From: a virus
Lineage: Duplodnaviria > Caudoviricetes
Virus record (IMG/VR): IMGVR_UViG_3300009155_000035
Strand: one strand, 5' to 3'
Length of the DNA: 64,000 bases
Each line of letters starts with the position of its first letter. The stretch's first letter is position 1. Below, in pieces: positions 19,042-29,285 of this stretch. A program made the position numbers and the translations under genes. The notes below the pieces were generated by a model. It was given only the letters and a program-made list of their open reading frames with translations. It made no database searches and was not told where the DNA came from.

Positions 19042-20046
19042 ATGGCATCATTAGCAGAAATCCGCGCAAGACTCGCAGCCGCAGAGTCAAACAAAGGCGG
19101 TCAGACAACAGGCGGCGACAACGCAATTTACCCCCACTGGAACATTGAAGAAGGCGCAAGCGCCACAGTACGCTTCTTACCGGATGGTAACAGCAAAAAC
19201 ACTTTTTTCTGGGTTGAACGAGCAATGATCAAGTTGCCGTTTGCTGGAATCAAAGGTGAAATGGAAAGTAAACAAGTACAAGTACAAGTTCCTTGTGTTG
19301 AGATGTGGGGCGAAGCTTGTCCAATTCTTGCAGAAGTGCGTACATGGTTCAAAGATAAGTCTTTGGAAGACATGGGCCGTAAGTACTGGAAGAAACGCAG
19401 TTACGTATTCCAGGGTTTTGTTCGAGAGAACCCACTTGGCGACGACAAAACACCAGAAAATCCAATTCGTCGATTCATTATCGGCCCACAAATTTTCCAA
19501 ACTATCAAGGGTGCTTTGATGGATCCTGAGTTGGAAGAATTGCCAACAGATTTGTTGCGTGGTTTGGACTTCCGCATCACTAAAACCAGCAAAGGTGGTT
19601 ATGCTGATTACAGTACCTCTAAATGGGCTCGTAAAGAGTCAGCACTAACACAAGAAGAACAAGCCGCAATTGAAAAGCATGGTTTGTTTAACTTGGCTGA
19701 ATTCTTGCCCAAGAAGCCAACTGACGTCGAGCTTCGAGTCATCAAAGAGATGTTTGAAGCAAGTGTAGACGGACAGCCATATGACACTGAACGTTGGGGA
19801 CAGTACTATCGTCCAGCAGGCGTACAGGCCCCAGGCGGCAGCAAGGCATCTGCAGATGAATCTGCATCTGCACCAAAAGCTACTCCAGTTGCCGCCAAGG
19901 CGGCAGAAGTTGACGACGAACCCCCTTTTGATGTAGACGAAGCTACTCCTACTCAACCAGTGCAGGTGCCCAAGACAACGTCTGCTTCAAGCGACAAGGC
20001 GCAAGATATCTTGGCAATGATTCGTTCTCGTCAGAACAAGTCGTGA
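19042..20046 (+). CDS. Single-stranded DNA-binding protein (T4 gp32-like)
   Basis: MASLAEIRARL, VRFLPD, CPIL, YWKKRSY, G.DF.I.KT.KGGYADYSTS, acidic/flexible C-terminus; start moved to 19042. Confidence 0.9.
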   Translation: MASLAEIRARLAAAESNKGGQTTGGDNAIYPHWNIEEGASATVRFLPDGNSKNTFFWVERAMIKLPFAGIKGEMESKQVQVQVPCVEMWGEACPILAEVRTWFKDKSLEDMGRKYWKKRSYVFQGFVRENPLGDDKTPENPIRRFIIGPQIFQTIKGALMDPELEELPTDLLRGLDFRITKTSKGGYADYSTSKWARKESALTQEEQAAIEKHGLFNLAEFLPKKPTDVELRVIKEMFEASVDGQPYDTERWGQYYRPAGVQAPGGSKASADESASAPKATPVAAKAAEVDDEPPFDVDEATPTQPVQVPKTTSASSDKAQDILAMIRSRQNKS

Positions 20047-20079
20047 CATTATTCCCCTCAAGGGAATAGCTCTGTAGTT

Positions 20080-20110
20080 GGGCCGGCTAGAATATGGTCG
20101 GCCCTTTTTT
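20080..20110 (+). terminator. Rho-independent terminator after SSB
   Basis: GGGCCGGCT-agaatat-GGTCGGCCC then TTTTTT; a second hairpin TATTCCC/GGGAATA at about 20050-20068. Confidence 0.7.
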
Positions 20111-20127
20111 ATGATTTAAATACACAC

Positions 20128-20940
20128 ATGAGAACGATCATCATATCTGGATCAAGTATAACCGAGGATAGTCCTTGGCCAACTTGGGCCACCTGGTCTA
20201 CTAAAATTTTTGATTGGCGCGATGTCGTCAATGTAAGTGTGCGTGGACTAGGAAACGAGGTAATAATATTGAAAGCATTACAGGCCGCCGAACAATCTCC
20301 AGGTAAAAAGTTTATTGTTGTACAACTCACATCGGTGGATAAGTGGGATTGGTATGTACAAAATTCTGATCGTGTGGCAGAGTTAGACAAAGAAAAACAT
20401 CCAATTGTTAGATTGAATTCTGGCGATGCGGCTGGATACTGGTCAACAGGGTCACACTTTCCAAAGTGGAAAGAGCATTACCGCAGCGAATATTTGAGCA
20501 TTGACCACCAATGTTTCCATACCCTACAGTTGATTAGTTGGTTCCAGTTAGTGTGTAAACAACGTGGATGGGATTACCATATTTTGTTTGACAGCCCAAT
20601 ATTTGCAGTCACTGAATCACAGTTAAACACTGGCATGCTTGATAAAAGCCAATGCGAGAGCTTGGCCTTGCTTGATAGTTCATTGAGTAAGCTTGCTCAA
20701 AGCACTGTTGATACTACAGATATGTACTTGCCCGGGCTTATTGGCTACTGCTGTTTGAATAACTTGCCTTGGTTCCACACCAAATACAAAGGACATCCGG
20801 GTAGTCTAGCACATTTAGAATTTACAATTAATCAAGTAGTACCAGTGATAGAAAAATACTTCAAAGTAATAGTGCCACCGGAACAGTTACGTACCGAAGC
20901 TGTCAAAATGCAATTGTTAGTCAATGAGCTACCTTACTAA
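20128..20940 (+). CDS. SGNH hydrolase-like hypothetical protein
   Basis: ISGSSITE, NVSVRGLGN, VVQLT..D, C-terminal KGHP. Confidence 0.55.
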   Translation: MRTIIISGSSITEDSPWPTWATWSTKIFDWRDVVNVSVRGLGNEVIILKALQAAEQSPGKKFIVVQLTSVDKWDWYVQNSDRVAELDKEKHPIVRLNSGDAAGYWSTGSHFPKWKEHYRSEYLSIDHQCFHTLQLISWFQLVCKQRGWDYHILFDSPIFAVTESQLNTGMLDKSQCESLALLDSSLSKLAQSTVDTTDMYLPGLIGYCCLNNLPWFHTKYKGHPGSLAHLEFTINQVVPVIEKYFKVIVPPEQLRTEAVKMQLLVNELPY

Positions 20941-21823
20941 AATCAACGACACACAGTACTGCCTATCAGATCATGCAGATGGATTTGATTCAAGCCTACG
21001 AAACGTATATCTGGATTCAATTACAGCACCGGCAACTGTTCAGACAGAATATATTCTAGATCAACGTGTCAAGGACAACTATCCTCATTTGACTTTTTCA
21101 ATCGACTACAAGATGAAAAAACAAATACTTGGAACACTCGGTGATTACAACATTCATCCAGATCTAGCATTTACTAATTTTTTGTGTAGCTTTAACAACA
21201 GCTATCATGTCAGCAGAGCACTATTAACAGGATTACTAAATTGTTACGGATGGTACAAGACAGATTATGTTAGTAAAAATTTTACAACCAGTGCCGCTAG
21301 TATAGATGGGCATGTGGCTGACTATGTTGGCAACAAATCAGGCTTTTACTGTAAGTTTTTTACAACTAGCGAGGAATTTCATAATACAACAAATCAGTTT
21401 GGTGAAGTTATTAAGTTTGCGCATGGAAAAAATATTCACAACATAGAACACAAATTAACCAACAGCTTTGTTCATCTAGTTAGTGAAACAAATAGCACAA
21501 GTTACTATCCTTTTGTGACTGAAAAATTTTTGTACAGTGTGGTGACCCGAGGATTGTTTGTGGCATACGCACAACCAAATTGGCATAAACATATTGAACA
21601 ATACTTTGGATTTAAACTTTACACAAAATTGTTTGATTACCAATTTGACAGTGTTACAAATCCAATAGATAGACTGTTGGAACTAGTTGCAATGTTATCA
21701 AAATTCAGTCACTTGTCTACTAGTGATTGGCATGACCTATACCAACTTGAATCTAATACCATAGAGTACAACATAGATAACTATCGCAGTAGAAGATATT
21801 TCAAAGGATTAGAAAATGTATAA
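20924..21823 (+). CDS. GT-B-like protein (resembles GT10 fucosyltransferase motif)
   Basis: HLVSET...PFVTEKF..V...LFVAY, FDY.FD pattern resembles the FENS..Y(I/V)TEK motif. Confidence 0.45.
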   Translation: MSYLTKINDTQYCLSDHADGFDSSLRNVYLDSITAPATVQTEYILDQRVKDNYPHLTFSIDYKMKKQILGTLGDYNIHPDLAFTNFLCSFNNSYHVSRALLTGLLNCYGWYKTDYVSKNFTTSAASIDGHVADYVGNKSGFYCKFFTTSEEFHNTTNQFGEVIKFAHGKNIHNIEHKLTNSFVHLVSETNSTSYYPFVTEKFLYSVVTRGLFVAYAQPNWHKHIEQYFGFKLYTKLFDYQFDSVTNPIDRLLELVAMLSKFSHLSTSDWHDLYQLESNTIEYNIDNYRSRRYFKGLENV

Positions 21824-22940
21824 CGTATATCAGCACTGGGATCCACTCAAAGTTTGTGCAGTTGGTCGTAGCTACCCACCAGAATTTTATTCTTGGATCA
21901 CAGTACCCCATGTGCGAGAATTGTTTGAACGTATTGCAACTGAAACTGAAGAAGATTATCAAGCAATTATTAACAAGCTACAAGAATTTGGAGTTGAGAT
22001 TGTTAGACCCAATCTACCTAAAAATACTATCATAGACGGCAAACATGTTGTACCACCCATGTGCCCGCGTGATTTTATGATTATGATTGATAATCAATTT
22101 TGCTCCACTGTTCTGACTTGGGATGACTTTTATCAACAGGTAAGAGACCCAAGTTGGCCAGAACACGTGAACGATATAAGTGAATTGGAGATCTGGCAGC
22201 AACAAGAATGTAACAATCTACATAATTGGCAAAATGTCTATGATTCATGGATATATACCTGGAAACCAATAGTTGACAAAGTGCAGAGTCAAGGTAACGC
22301 TATTAAACATTTGTCAAAGTACAAGCACGTAAATGGTGCATGTGTAAGTCGTATAGGTCGAGACTTATACTTTGGTACTGAAAATTACAGTGACGACCCT
22401 AGTTATTATCAAAACATTGCTGACCAGGAATTCCCACATAAGCGAAACCACATTGTGAACACAGGTGGGCATTCTGATGGTACTTACTGTCCAGTCTGTC
22501 CAGGACTAATTATAAGTTTAGAAGATGTTCCTACTTATGCAAAAACATTCCCAGGATGGGAAGTGGTGTACTTGCCAGGGCAGAGTTGGGACAAAGTTCA
22601 ATCATTTTTAGCATTGAAATATAAAAATCGAGGCAAGTGGTGGATTCCTGGGTTTGAGACTGATCAATCAGTAATTGATGTTGTTGAAAATTGGCTGGGT
22701 CATTGGACTGGGTATGTTGAAGAAACAGTGTTTGATGTAAACATGTTAATCATAGACCCCAAAAATGTCATGGTATTTAACTACAACGAACAAGTGTTTA
22801 CAGCACTGGAACGATATGGAATCACTCCGCATATTGTACCTTTTAGGCACAGATATTTTTGGGATGGTGGTATTCACTGTGTTACCCTTGACCTGCATCG
22901 AGAAGGTGTTGAAAACAATTATTTTCCAGAACGTAAATGA
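21816..22940 (+). CDS. Amidinotransferase (glycine/inosamine-phosphate amidinotransferase family) with inserted module
   Basis: WDPLKVCAVG, PRD, GGHSDG, FDVN, HRYFWDGGIHCVT (catalytic Cys). Confidence 0.85.
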   Translation: MYNVYQHWDPLKVCAVGRSYPPEFYSWITVPHVRELFERIATETEEDYQAIINKLQEFGVEIVRPNLPKNTIIDGKHVVPPMCPRDFMIMIDNQFCSTVLTWDDFYQQVRDPSWPEHVNDISELEIWQQQECNNLHNWQNVYDSWIYTWKPIVDKVQSQGNAIKHLSKYKHVNGACVSRIGRDLYFGTENYSDDPSYYQNIADQEFPHKRNHIVNTGGHSDGTYCPVCPGLIISLEDVPTYAKTFPGWEVVYLPGQSWDKVQSFLALKYKNRGKWWIPGFETDQSVIDVVENWLGHWTGYVEETVFDVNMLIIDPKNVMVFNYNEQVFTALERYGITPHIVPFRHRYFWDGGIHCVTLDLHREGVENNYFPERK

Positions 22941-23728
22941 TTGACTTTAGTTCTACTAATCCAGTAGTAGTTTCTTACCCTGCATTTTCGGGCGGCAAAT
23001 TTATAGTAAATTGTTTGTCCTTGAGTCGACATTCTTGCCTTATGGATAATCGATCTGCTGTGCATGTGTTGAAAAATCCCGGTGATTATGAATTTAGACT
23101 ACAACAAGTGATGGCTACTTTACCTCTAAAAGAGGATTTACTAAACTGGCAACGATATGAGTTTGATGAAGTAAAGTTATACGGGAAACATTTTGAAACA
23201 CTACCAGTTCCAGAACAGCTAGCACCAATTGTAGAACAACTAAGCAAATCAAATCTAAAGTTTTATACAATTGATCATAACGGTCCTCCAAACATCAATA
23301 ATACTCTATCAATTTGGCCTAATGCCACAGTAGTTCGGCTCATAAATTGTAGACATTTTCAAAATATTTCTATACAATTAAAGTCAACCCGACACGATGC
23401 AACACAACTTTGTGGTAACTATTGTGAGGAAAAATATAATCAATTGTGCGGACCGAGTTGGCCTAGTTGGGAAGAGTTTGACCAAGTGGGACACGATGTT
23501 CGAAGAATACCTAATGTTGATGATACTGTGATAAGTGAGATAAATCAATACTATCCCTGGAACACAGTTTCAAACAACGTTGTACAATTTGATATGGACG
23601 CTTGTATTTTTGATGAAACAAAATTTCTTGAATCAATGCAACAACTGTATCAAACACTGGGACTCGATGACTTCAATCGAGAACTAGTTTTAAAATTTTA
23701 TCAGGCATACATAAACCTACATTATTAA
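22937..23728 (+). CDS. Sulfotransferase-fold-like hypothetical protein with GPSWP module
   Basis: YPAFSGGKF N-terminal loop; C-terminal F.....FD...F...M..LY..LGL resembles the sulfotransferase tail. Confidence 0.4.
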   Translation: MIDFSSTNPVVVSYPAFSGGKFIVNCLSLSRHSCLMDNRSAVHVLKNPGDYEFRLQQVMATLPLKEDLLNWQRYEFDEVKLYGKHFETLPVPEQLAPIVEQLSKSNLKFYTIDHNGPPNINNTLSIWPNATVVRLINCRHFQNISIQLKSTRHDATQLCGNYCEEKYNQLCGPSWPSWEEFDQVGHDVRRIPNVDDTVISEINQYYPWNTVSNNVVQFDMDACIFDETKFLESMQQLYQTLGLDDFNRELVLKFYQAYINLHY

Positions 23729-23737
23729 GGACCTAAC

Positions 23738-24793
23738 ATGGCAAAACCATTTGACATTAGCAAATTTCGCAAGGAAATTACCAAGAGCATTGACGGGCTC
23801 AGTATTGGTTTTAACGATCCCACAGACTGGATCTCAACAGGCAACTATGCCTTGAATTATTTGATCTCGGGCGATTTTAACAAGGGCATCCCTTTAGGTA
23901 AAGTCACTGTGTTTGCTGGCGACTCTGGCGCAGGCAAGTCGTACATCTGCTCAGGTAACATTGTCAAACACGCACAAGAGCAAGGCATCTTTGTGGTGTT
24001 GATCGACAGTGAAAACGCACTTGACGAAGACTGGCTCAAAGCACTTGGCGTTGACACAGGCCCGGACAAACTACTTAAATTGAGCATGGCCATGATTGAT
24101 GATGTAGCTAAAACTATTTCAACATTCATGAGTGACTACAAATCTTTGCCCGACGGAGAACGCCCCAAAGTTCTTTTTGTTATTGACTCACTCGGCATGC
24201 TGTTGACACCTACTGATATAAACCAGTTTGACAGCGGTGATCTAAAAGGCGACTTGGGTCGCAAGCCCAAAGCTCTAACTGCCTTGGTTCGTAATTGCGT
24301 CAACATGTTTGGCAGCTACAACGTTGGTCTGGTGTGTACCAATCACACCTACGCAAGCCAAGACATGTTTGACCCAGACGACAAGATCTCGGGCGGCCAA
24401 GGTTTTATCTATGCCAGCAGTATTGTGGTTGCTATGAAGAAGATGAAGCTCAAAGAGGACGAAGATGGCAACAAGGTATCTGAAGTAAATGGTATTCGTG
24501 CAGGCTGTAAAGTTATGAAAACACGATATGCCAAGCCGTTTGAAGGCGTTCAAGTCAAGATTCCTTACACAACAGGTATGAGTCCTTATTCGGGTCTTGT
24601 GGACTTGATTGAAAAGAAAAACTTGCTCAAGCGTGAAGGTAACAGTTTGGTGTTTACCACAAGCGATGGCGAAGTCATCAAGAAGTTCCGCAAAGCGTGG
24701 GAAAAAAATGATGAAGGTTGTCTTGACAAGGTCATGATAGACTTTAAAAATCAAAAGGAAGAGGTAAGTATCTCTGAGGAGGATGCTGAATAA
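23738..24793 (+). CDS. uvsX: RecA-like recombinase UvsX
   Basis: STGNYALNY, AGDSGAGKS Walker A, DSENALD, VIDSLG, NHTY, SGG.GF.YASS. Confidence 0.95.
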   Translation: MAKPFDISKFRKEITKSIDGLSIGFNDPTDWISTGNYALNYLISGDFNKGIPLGKVTVFAGDSGAGKSYICSGNIVKHAQEQGIFVVLIDSENALDEDWLKALGVDTGPDKLLKLSMAMIDDVAKTISTFMSDYKSLPDGERPKVLFVIDSLGMLLTPTDINQFDSGDLKGDLGRKPKALTALVRNCVNMFGSYNVGLVCTNHTYASQDMFDPDDKISGGQGFIYASSIVVAMKKMKLKEDEDGNKVSEVNGIRAGCKVMKTRYAKPFEGVQVKIPYTTGMSPYSGLVDLIEKKNLLKREGNSLVFTTSDGEVIKKFRKAWEKNDEGCLDKVMIDFKNQKEEVSISEEDAE

Positions 24794-25059
24794 TGAGTGA
24801 AGAATTAGCAAGTGTAATTTGGAGCGAACTTAAACGCTACATCAACACAGTCGATCGTGTAGAAGCCGCCGAAAATTTAATTAGTATATTGATTGACAAT
24901 GACTGCAACCCTGACGACATCAAGGATGCCTTCAAGGGAGATGCCGAGTTTAAACGTGCCATGGCAAGTTACCTTGACACTGGCCAGGATGGGCAGGAAG
25001 AGGAAGAAGAGGAAGAAGAGGACTTTACTGACTTTGAAACCGATGATTGGGAAGAGTAA
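24793..25059 (+). CDS. Small acidic hypothetical protein
   Basis: 88 aa with poly-Glu tail, between uvsX and uvsY with overlapping junctions. Confidence 0.6.
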   Translation: MSEELASVIWSELKRYINTVDRVEAAENLISILIDNDCNPDDIKDAFKGDAEFKRAMASYLDTGQDGQEEEEEEEEDFTDFETDDWEE

Positions 25060-25511
25060 TGTGGTATAGTCGTGTAGTTGCTGACCTTGGGGCTATCCCA
25101 GACTTTATCGCATACTACGAAAAAGAACTTGACGAAGCCAAAAAAGAATGTCGCATTGGTGGCTTAGTTGAGCGTAACATCAAAGACCTTCCGGGTATAA
25201 CCGAGCATCGTTTCAATCAACTGCAAGAGATTGAAGCAGTTCTTAATTTTCTTAATATCCAGTTACGCAAAATCCGCAAACGCCATTTCCAAAAATATCT
25301 TGAAGCGTATGCACGAGCCTTGACAAGTCGTGACGCTGAAAAGTACGTTGATGGTGAGGATGAGGTTATCGATTTTGAAACTATTATCAATGAAGTGGCT
25401 CTATTGCGTAACAAATGGCTAGGCATCATGAAAGGTCTTGACACTAAGCAATGGCAAATGGGACACATTGTTAGACTGCGCACAGCAGGCATGGAAGATA
25501 TCACTGTATGA
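25059..25511 (+). CDS. uvsY: Recombination mediator UvsY-like
   Basis: HFQKYLE.Y.RAL.SRDAEKYVDGEDEV, K.LD.KQWQMGHIVRLR.AGMED; downstream of uvsX. Confidence 0.75.
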   Translation: MWYSRVVADLGAIPDFIAYYEKELDEAKKECRIGGLVERNIKDLPGITEHRFNQLQEIEAVLNFLNIQLRKIRKRHFQKYLEAYARALTSRDAEKYVDGEDEVIDFETIINEVALLRNKWLGIMKGLDTKQWQMGHIVRLRTAGMEDITV

Positions 25512-26266
25512 TGCCAAGATTTTTAACTCCTGCTGATAGTCACAAGCACAGTTTAGAAACATTAAATCAATTGCTTGAGTACGATGATTTTATGTTGACT
25601 ATTGAAAGCATGCTTGATTTGGGATGCGGCCCCGGCCTTGACTTAGAATGGTGGGCGAATCTCACCACTAGAGACGAAGTTCCGCAACCGTTGAATATTA
25701 AATGCCTGGGTGTGGACATGCGCCCAGCATTGAGTCTTGCGCAAAAATATCGAAATGTGCAATACATGGTACAAGATTTTGAAGATGAACTCAAAGTTAA
25801 CCAGCAATACGATTTAATTTGGTGCCACGATGCATTCCAATACTCGATTAATCCATTAAAAACATTAAGCAATTGGAACAAAGTGCTAACCAATGACGGA
25901 ATGTTGATGCTGGTGCTACCACAAACAACCAACATAGAGTACAACAAGTTAGCATACGATCAAGCTGACGGATGTTATTTCAACTGGACCTTGGTTAGTT
26001 TAATACATGCATTGGCGGTAAATGGATTTGATTGTCGTGGCGGATACTTTCATAAAGATGCAACAGATCCCTGGATCAAAGCAATTGTGTATAAAAGTGA
26101 GCATGGCCCTATGGATCCTAAAACCACACGCTGGTATGATTTAGTTGATAAAAATTTATTGCCAGAATCAGCTGTGGACAGCGTCAACAAATACGGCTAC
26201 CTGCGCCAACAAGACTTGGTTCTACGTTGGATAGACAAATCCATACACACCTACGCTAATCATTAA
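25508..26266 (+). CDS. Class I SAM-dependent methyltransferase
   Basis: MLDLGCGPG motif I, GVD, YDLIWCHDAFQY, VLTNDGML. Confidence 0.85.
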   Translation: MMPRFLTPADSHKHSLETLNQLLEYDDFMLTIESMLDLGCGPGLDLEWWANLTTRDEVPQPLNIKCLGVDMRPALSLAQKYRNVQYMVQDFEDELKVNQQYDLIWCHDAFQYSINPLKTLSNWNKVLTNDGMLMLVLPQTTNIEYNKLAYDQADGCYFNWTLVSLIHALAVNGFDCRGGYFHKDATDPWIKAIVYKSEHGPMDPKTTRWYDLVDKNLLPESAVDSVNKYGYLRQQDLVLRWIDKSIHTYANH

Positions 26267-27083
26267 GCAGTCTCTTTAGTGGATATCCACTAGCAATTTC
26301 ATCAACGGTCCACTCGGTGTGTGCAATTTGATTTAACCAGGATTCTCGATCAGGACGCAACGGAGATTCAATTTGACTGAAATCTAAATTTGCAACAGGT
26401 GCCGCAAGGCTTGACGCCCCAACAAACGCTGGCACGCCATTAATAATTGCTTGCACACCCGGACCACTATTCCAATTAACAACGGCCCAAGTTGATTTAA
26501 GACTTTGCGCAAAGTCAAACTGATCATAAGTGTTGGGGACCTTGATTGGGATTTCAATGTCTGCTGGCACCTTGATTTTGTATCTGGGATGTAGACGAAC
26601 CACAATAGGACGTTGACTATGTTGTCTTATAGTGTGCATAGTAGTTGATATCCACTGCTCAAGTTCTGGCTGCCCGGCCCACTGCCCACTGTCAGCTCGT
26701 TGTGTAGCAATCACAATCTTATCTCCGGTGTGCTGCCAAGGCTGAAGATTTAATCCAAGCGTTTTTGCTCGATCAGGTATATCATACTTGCCATAATAAG
26801 CATTTGATCCTGTTCCATTAACGCCAAGTTTCCAGGTGCGACCGCGATCAAACAAACCAACTTCGACAACAACAACAGGTCTTCCTGTGGATCTAAATTT
26901 TTGCCAAACAATTTGGTTTGATGACATTCTTCCAGCCCATACCATACTCCATACTACTGCAACATCTGCATCCATGTCATGGCTGTTGAATTTTACACCA
27001 ATGGCATCTAGTCCAGATCGTATGGCCGCAAATACAGGTTGACTATTAAGAGCTCCATAGTGATCAAAAAGAGTTACTAGCAT
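26256..27083 (-). CDS. KpsS/KpsC-like (capsule biosynthesis-type GT-B) protein, paralog 1
   Basis: IVVRLHP, AVVNWNSGPGVQAIINGVPAF, WL..IA..EW motifs. Confidence 0.55.
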   Translation of the reverse strand: MLVTLFDHYGALNSQPVFAAIRSGLDAIGVKFNSHDMDADVAVVWSMVWAGRMSSNQIVWQKFRSTGRPVVVVEVGLFDRGRTWKLGVNGTGSNAYYGKYDIPDRAKTLGLNLQPWQHTGDKIVIATQRADSGQWAGQPELEQWISTTMHTIRQHSQRPIVVRLHPRYKIKVPADIEIPIKVPNTYDQFDFAQSLKSTWAVVNWNSGPGVQAIINGVPAFVGASSLAAPVANLDFSQIESPLRPDRESWLNQIAHTEWTVDEIASGYPLKRLLND

Positions 27084-27104
27084 AGTGTTATGTTTAAATA
27101 TGTG

Positions 27105-27911
27105 ATGAGCAGAAAATTTTCAGTAGTTACCACTTTCAATCAAGATGGGTATTTAAAGTACGGTAGTCGAATGATTGACACATTTTTAACAAATTGGCCA
27201 TCAGATGTCGTACTGTATGTATACGCAGAGGATTGCGTAATAACACAAACAGCCCCAAATCTAATTGTCATGGCAATGCCACAAGAGTTAGTGCAATTTA
27301 AACAACAATGGGCCGGTGTTCCAAAAGCCAATGGGGATGTTTCATTGGATCCTATTAGGTCAACACGCCGAGACGCTGGCAAGGGATTTAAATGGGATGC
27401 TGTTCGTTTTGCTCACAAAGTCTACGTTATTTTTGATTGTGCTCGCAACTGTGATGCAGATGTATTGCTTTGGATGGATGGTGACATGGTGTGTCACAGC
27501 CCTATCTCTATTGCGGAAATATCAATACTGTGCCCAGAAACAAAAGATCTTTGCTTTCTCGGACGAAAAAACAAATATACTGAGTGCGGACTGTATGCAA
27601 TGAATCTACACAGTGAATCTCTTAAACAGTTTTTGCAAGAGTTTCAACGCTGTTATGACCAAGCAGAGCAAGGCATCTTTCAACTTGACGAGTGGCATGA
27701 CAGTTATGTATTTGATGCTGTGCGAAAACGTTTTCGACTTGTTGAATTAGATTGGTCCAGTCATTTGATTACCGGGGAAGGGCATCCTCTAATCAATAGC
27801 ACTTGGGGTAGATATCTTGATCATCTTAAAGGTGACCGAAAATCTCTAGGACGTAGCAAACAGAAAGATTTAAAGACGCCTAGGATTGAGGAGTATTGGC
27901 AGACTTTTTAG
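27105..27911 (+). CDS. GT-A fold glycosyltransferase-like protein
   Basis: VVTTF, WDAVRFAHKV, LLWMDGD (DxD), EWHDSYVFD, HLKG; TAAATA at 27095-27100. Confidence 0.7.
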   Translation: MSRKFSVVTTFNQDGYLKYGSRMIDTFLTNWPSDVVLYVYAEDCVITQTAPNLIVMAMPQELVQFKQQWAGVPKANGDVSLDPIRSTRRDAGKGFKWDAVRFAHKVYVIFDCARNCDADVLLWMDGDMVCHSPISIAEISILCPETKDLCFLGRKNKYTECGLYAMNLHSESLKQFLQEFQRCYDQAEQGIFQLDEWHDSYVFDAVRKRFRLVELDWSSHLITGEGHPLINSTWGRYLDHLKGDRKSLGRSKQKDLKTPRIEEYWQTF

Positions 27912-28578
27912 GCATCTTGGCCCACATGCCAGTTTTTGTTAAGCTCTTTTTACCATCAGTATCTACAGCGGCCCTCCCCATCAAGTGTGAATGACATTGT
28001 AAGTTTACCACACTCATGTTAAGTGCATTGTCGGCTGGCAAGTAATAGTGCTGGTAATGTTTGCACAGTTTAGATGCTGCCTTGGGAGTAATTGCGTATC
28101 CCACTGCTCCGGGCATTACTTTCCCTTTGAATTTACAAGCCATGGGCTCGCCTTGGGGAGAGTAAAGTTTCTCTTTATAAAAATCGTTTTCGTACGCTGC
28201 TTTTCCAGTAGCAAGCAATAGGATATCATCCCACTCAATGGGCACAAACCCCCGCTCAAAGATTACGTCATCTTCAAAAATCATAATTGATTCATTGAGT
28301 TCAGCGCACAGTTGCCACAGTCGGTAGTGGCTGTGAAAACATCCCATTACTCCCGGTCTCTCACACGAACGCCTATAATTGTCGTCGATAGCATTGCCCT
28401 TGAAGCTGATTGGTTGTAGTTCTCGACCTTCTTTTTTAAAAATATCCACGGCATCATTGCCATATGTACCTTCAAATAGACTGGCATTAATCCCAAACTT
28501 AATAAGATCATTGACAACTTTTTTCCCGCTGTTTGCGGAACTGTAAATTTTGCTTAGACTGATTACAAAGGCTCTCAT
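27880..28578 (-). CDS. Glycosyltransferase family 25
   Basis: FVISL, GCFHSHY.LW, IFEDD, GAVGYAITP.AA.KL, PAD; minus-strand TAAATA at 28584-28589. Confidence 0.85.
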   Translation of the reverse strand: MRAFVISLSKIYSSANSGKKVVNDLIKFGINASLFEGTYGNDAVDIFKKEGRELQPISFKGNAIDDNYRRSCERPGVMGCFHSHYRLWQLCAELNESIMIFEDDVIFERGFVPIEWDDILLLATGKAAYENDFYKEKLYSPQGEPMACKFKGKVMPGAVGYAITPKAASKLCKHYQHYYLPADNALNMSVVNLQCHSHLMGRAAVDTDGKKSLTKTGMWAKMPKKSANTPQS

Positions 28579-28601
28579 GTTAATATTTACTAAGTATTGC
28601 T

Positions 28602-29285
28602 ATGAGCAATATATTAGTTTCGATAATTTTACCAACTCGTAAACGTAGCAAACTTGTTGAGAGAAGTGTGCGTAGTTTGTTAGAGACTGCTGATCGCCCA
28701 GATCAAGTTGAAATTTTAATTGCGTATGACAATGATGACCAAGAAAGCAAACAGTACTTTAATTCTCAGGATTGGAAAGATTTAATCAGCAAATTCAATG
28801 CCAAAACACAAGTAATTGAATCTCACCCTTGGGGTTATTCTGAGCTACACCAGTATTGTAATGCACTGACCAAATTATCAACCGGACAGTGGCTAATGCT
28901 ATGGAACGACGATGCTGTGATGCGTACCCAAGCCTGGGACAAACACATTGCAGAAAATCAAGGATACCTCGGAATGCTACACATGTCCACAGAGAATTTT
29001 AGAGAAGCATTGACATTGTTTCCGGTTGTCCCGCGACAATGGATTGATATTTTTGGAACATACAGCCAAACAAATTTATGCGATTCTTGGATACAAGATG
29101 TGTGTGAGCAGGCCGACGCTGTGCGAGCAATACCTGTTAGAGTTTTTCATGACAGATTTGACGCCACTGGAAACAACGGAGACGAAACCTATCAAAATAG
29201 GTATTACAGAAAGAAGAGACATAACTCGGAAGAAATGAAACAAACAAGAACTGCTTGGGCACACAAGTTAATGCAGTTTAAATAA
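28602..29285 (+). CDS. Glycosyltransferase family 2-like
   Basis: VSIILPTR, EILIAYDNDD, G.WLMLWNDD, FP.V, CDSW. Confidence 0.8.
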   Translation: MSNILVSIILPTRKRSKLVERSVRSLLETADRPDQVEILIAYDNDDQESKQYFNSQDWKDLISKFNAKTQVIESHPWGYSELHQYCNALTKLSTGQWLMLWNDDAVMRTQAWDKHIAENQGYLGMLHMSTENFREALTLFPVVPRQWIDIFGTYSQTNLCDSWIQDVCEQADAVRAIPVRVFHDRFDATGNNGDETYQNRYYRKKRHNSEEMKQTRTAWAHKLMQFK

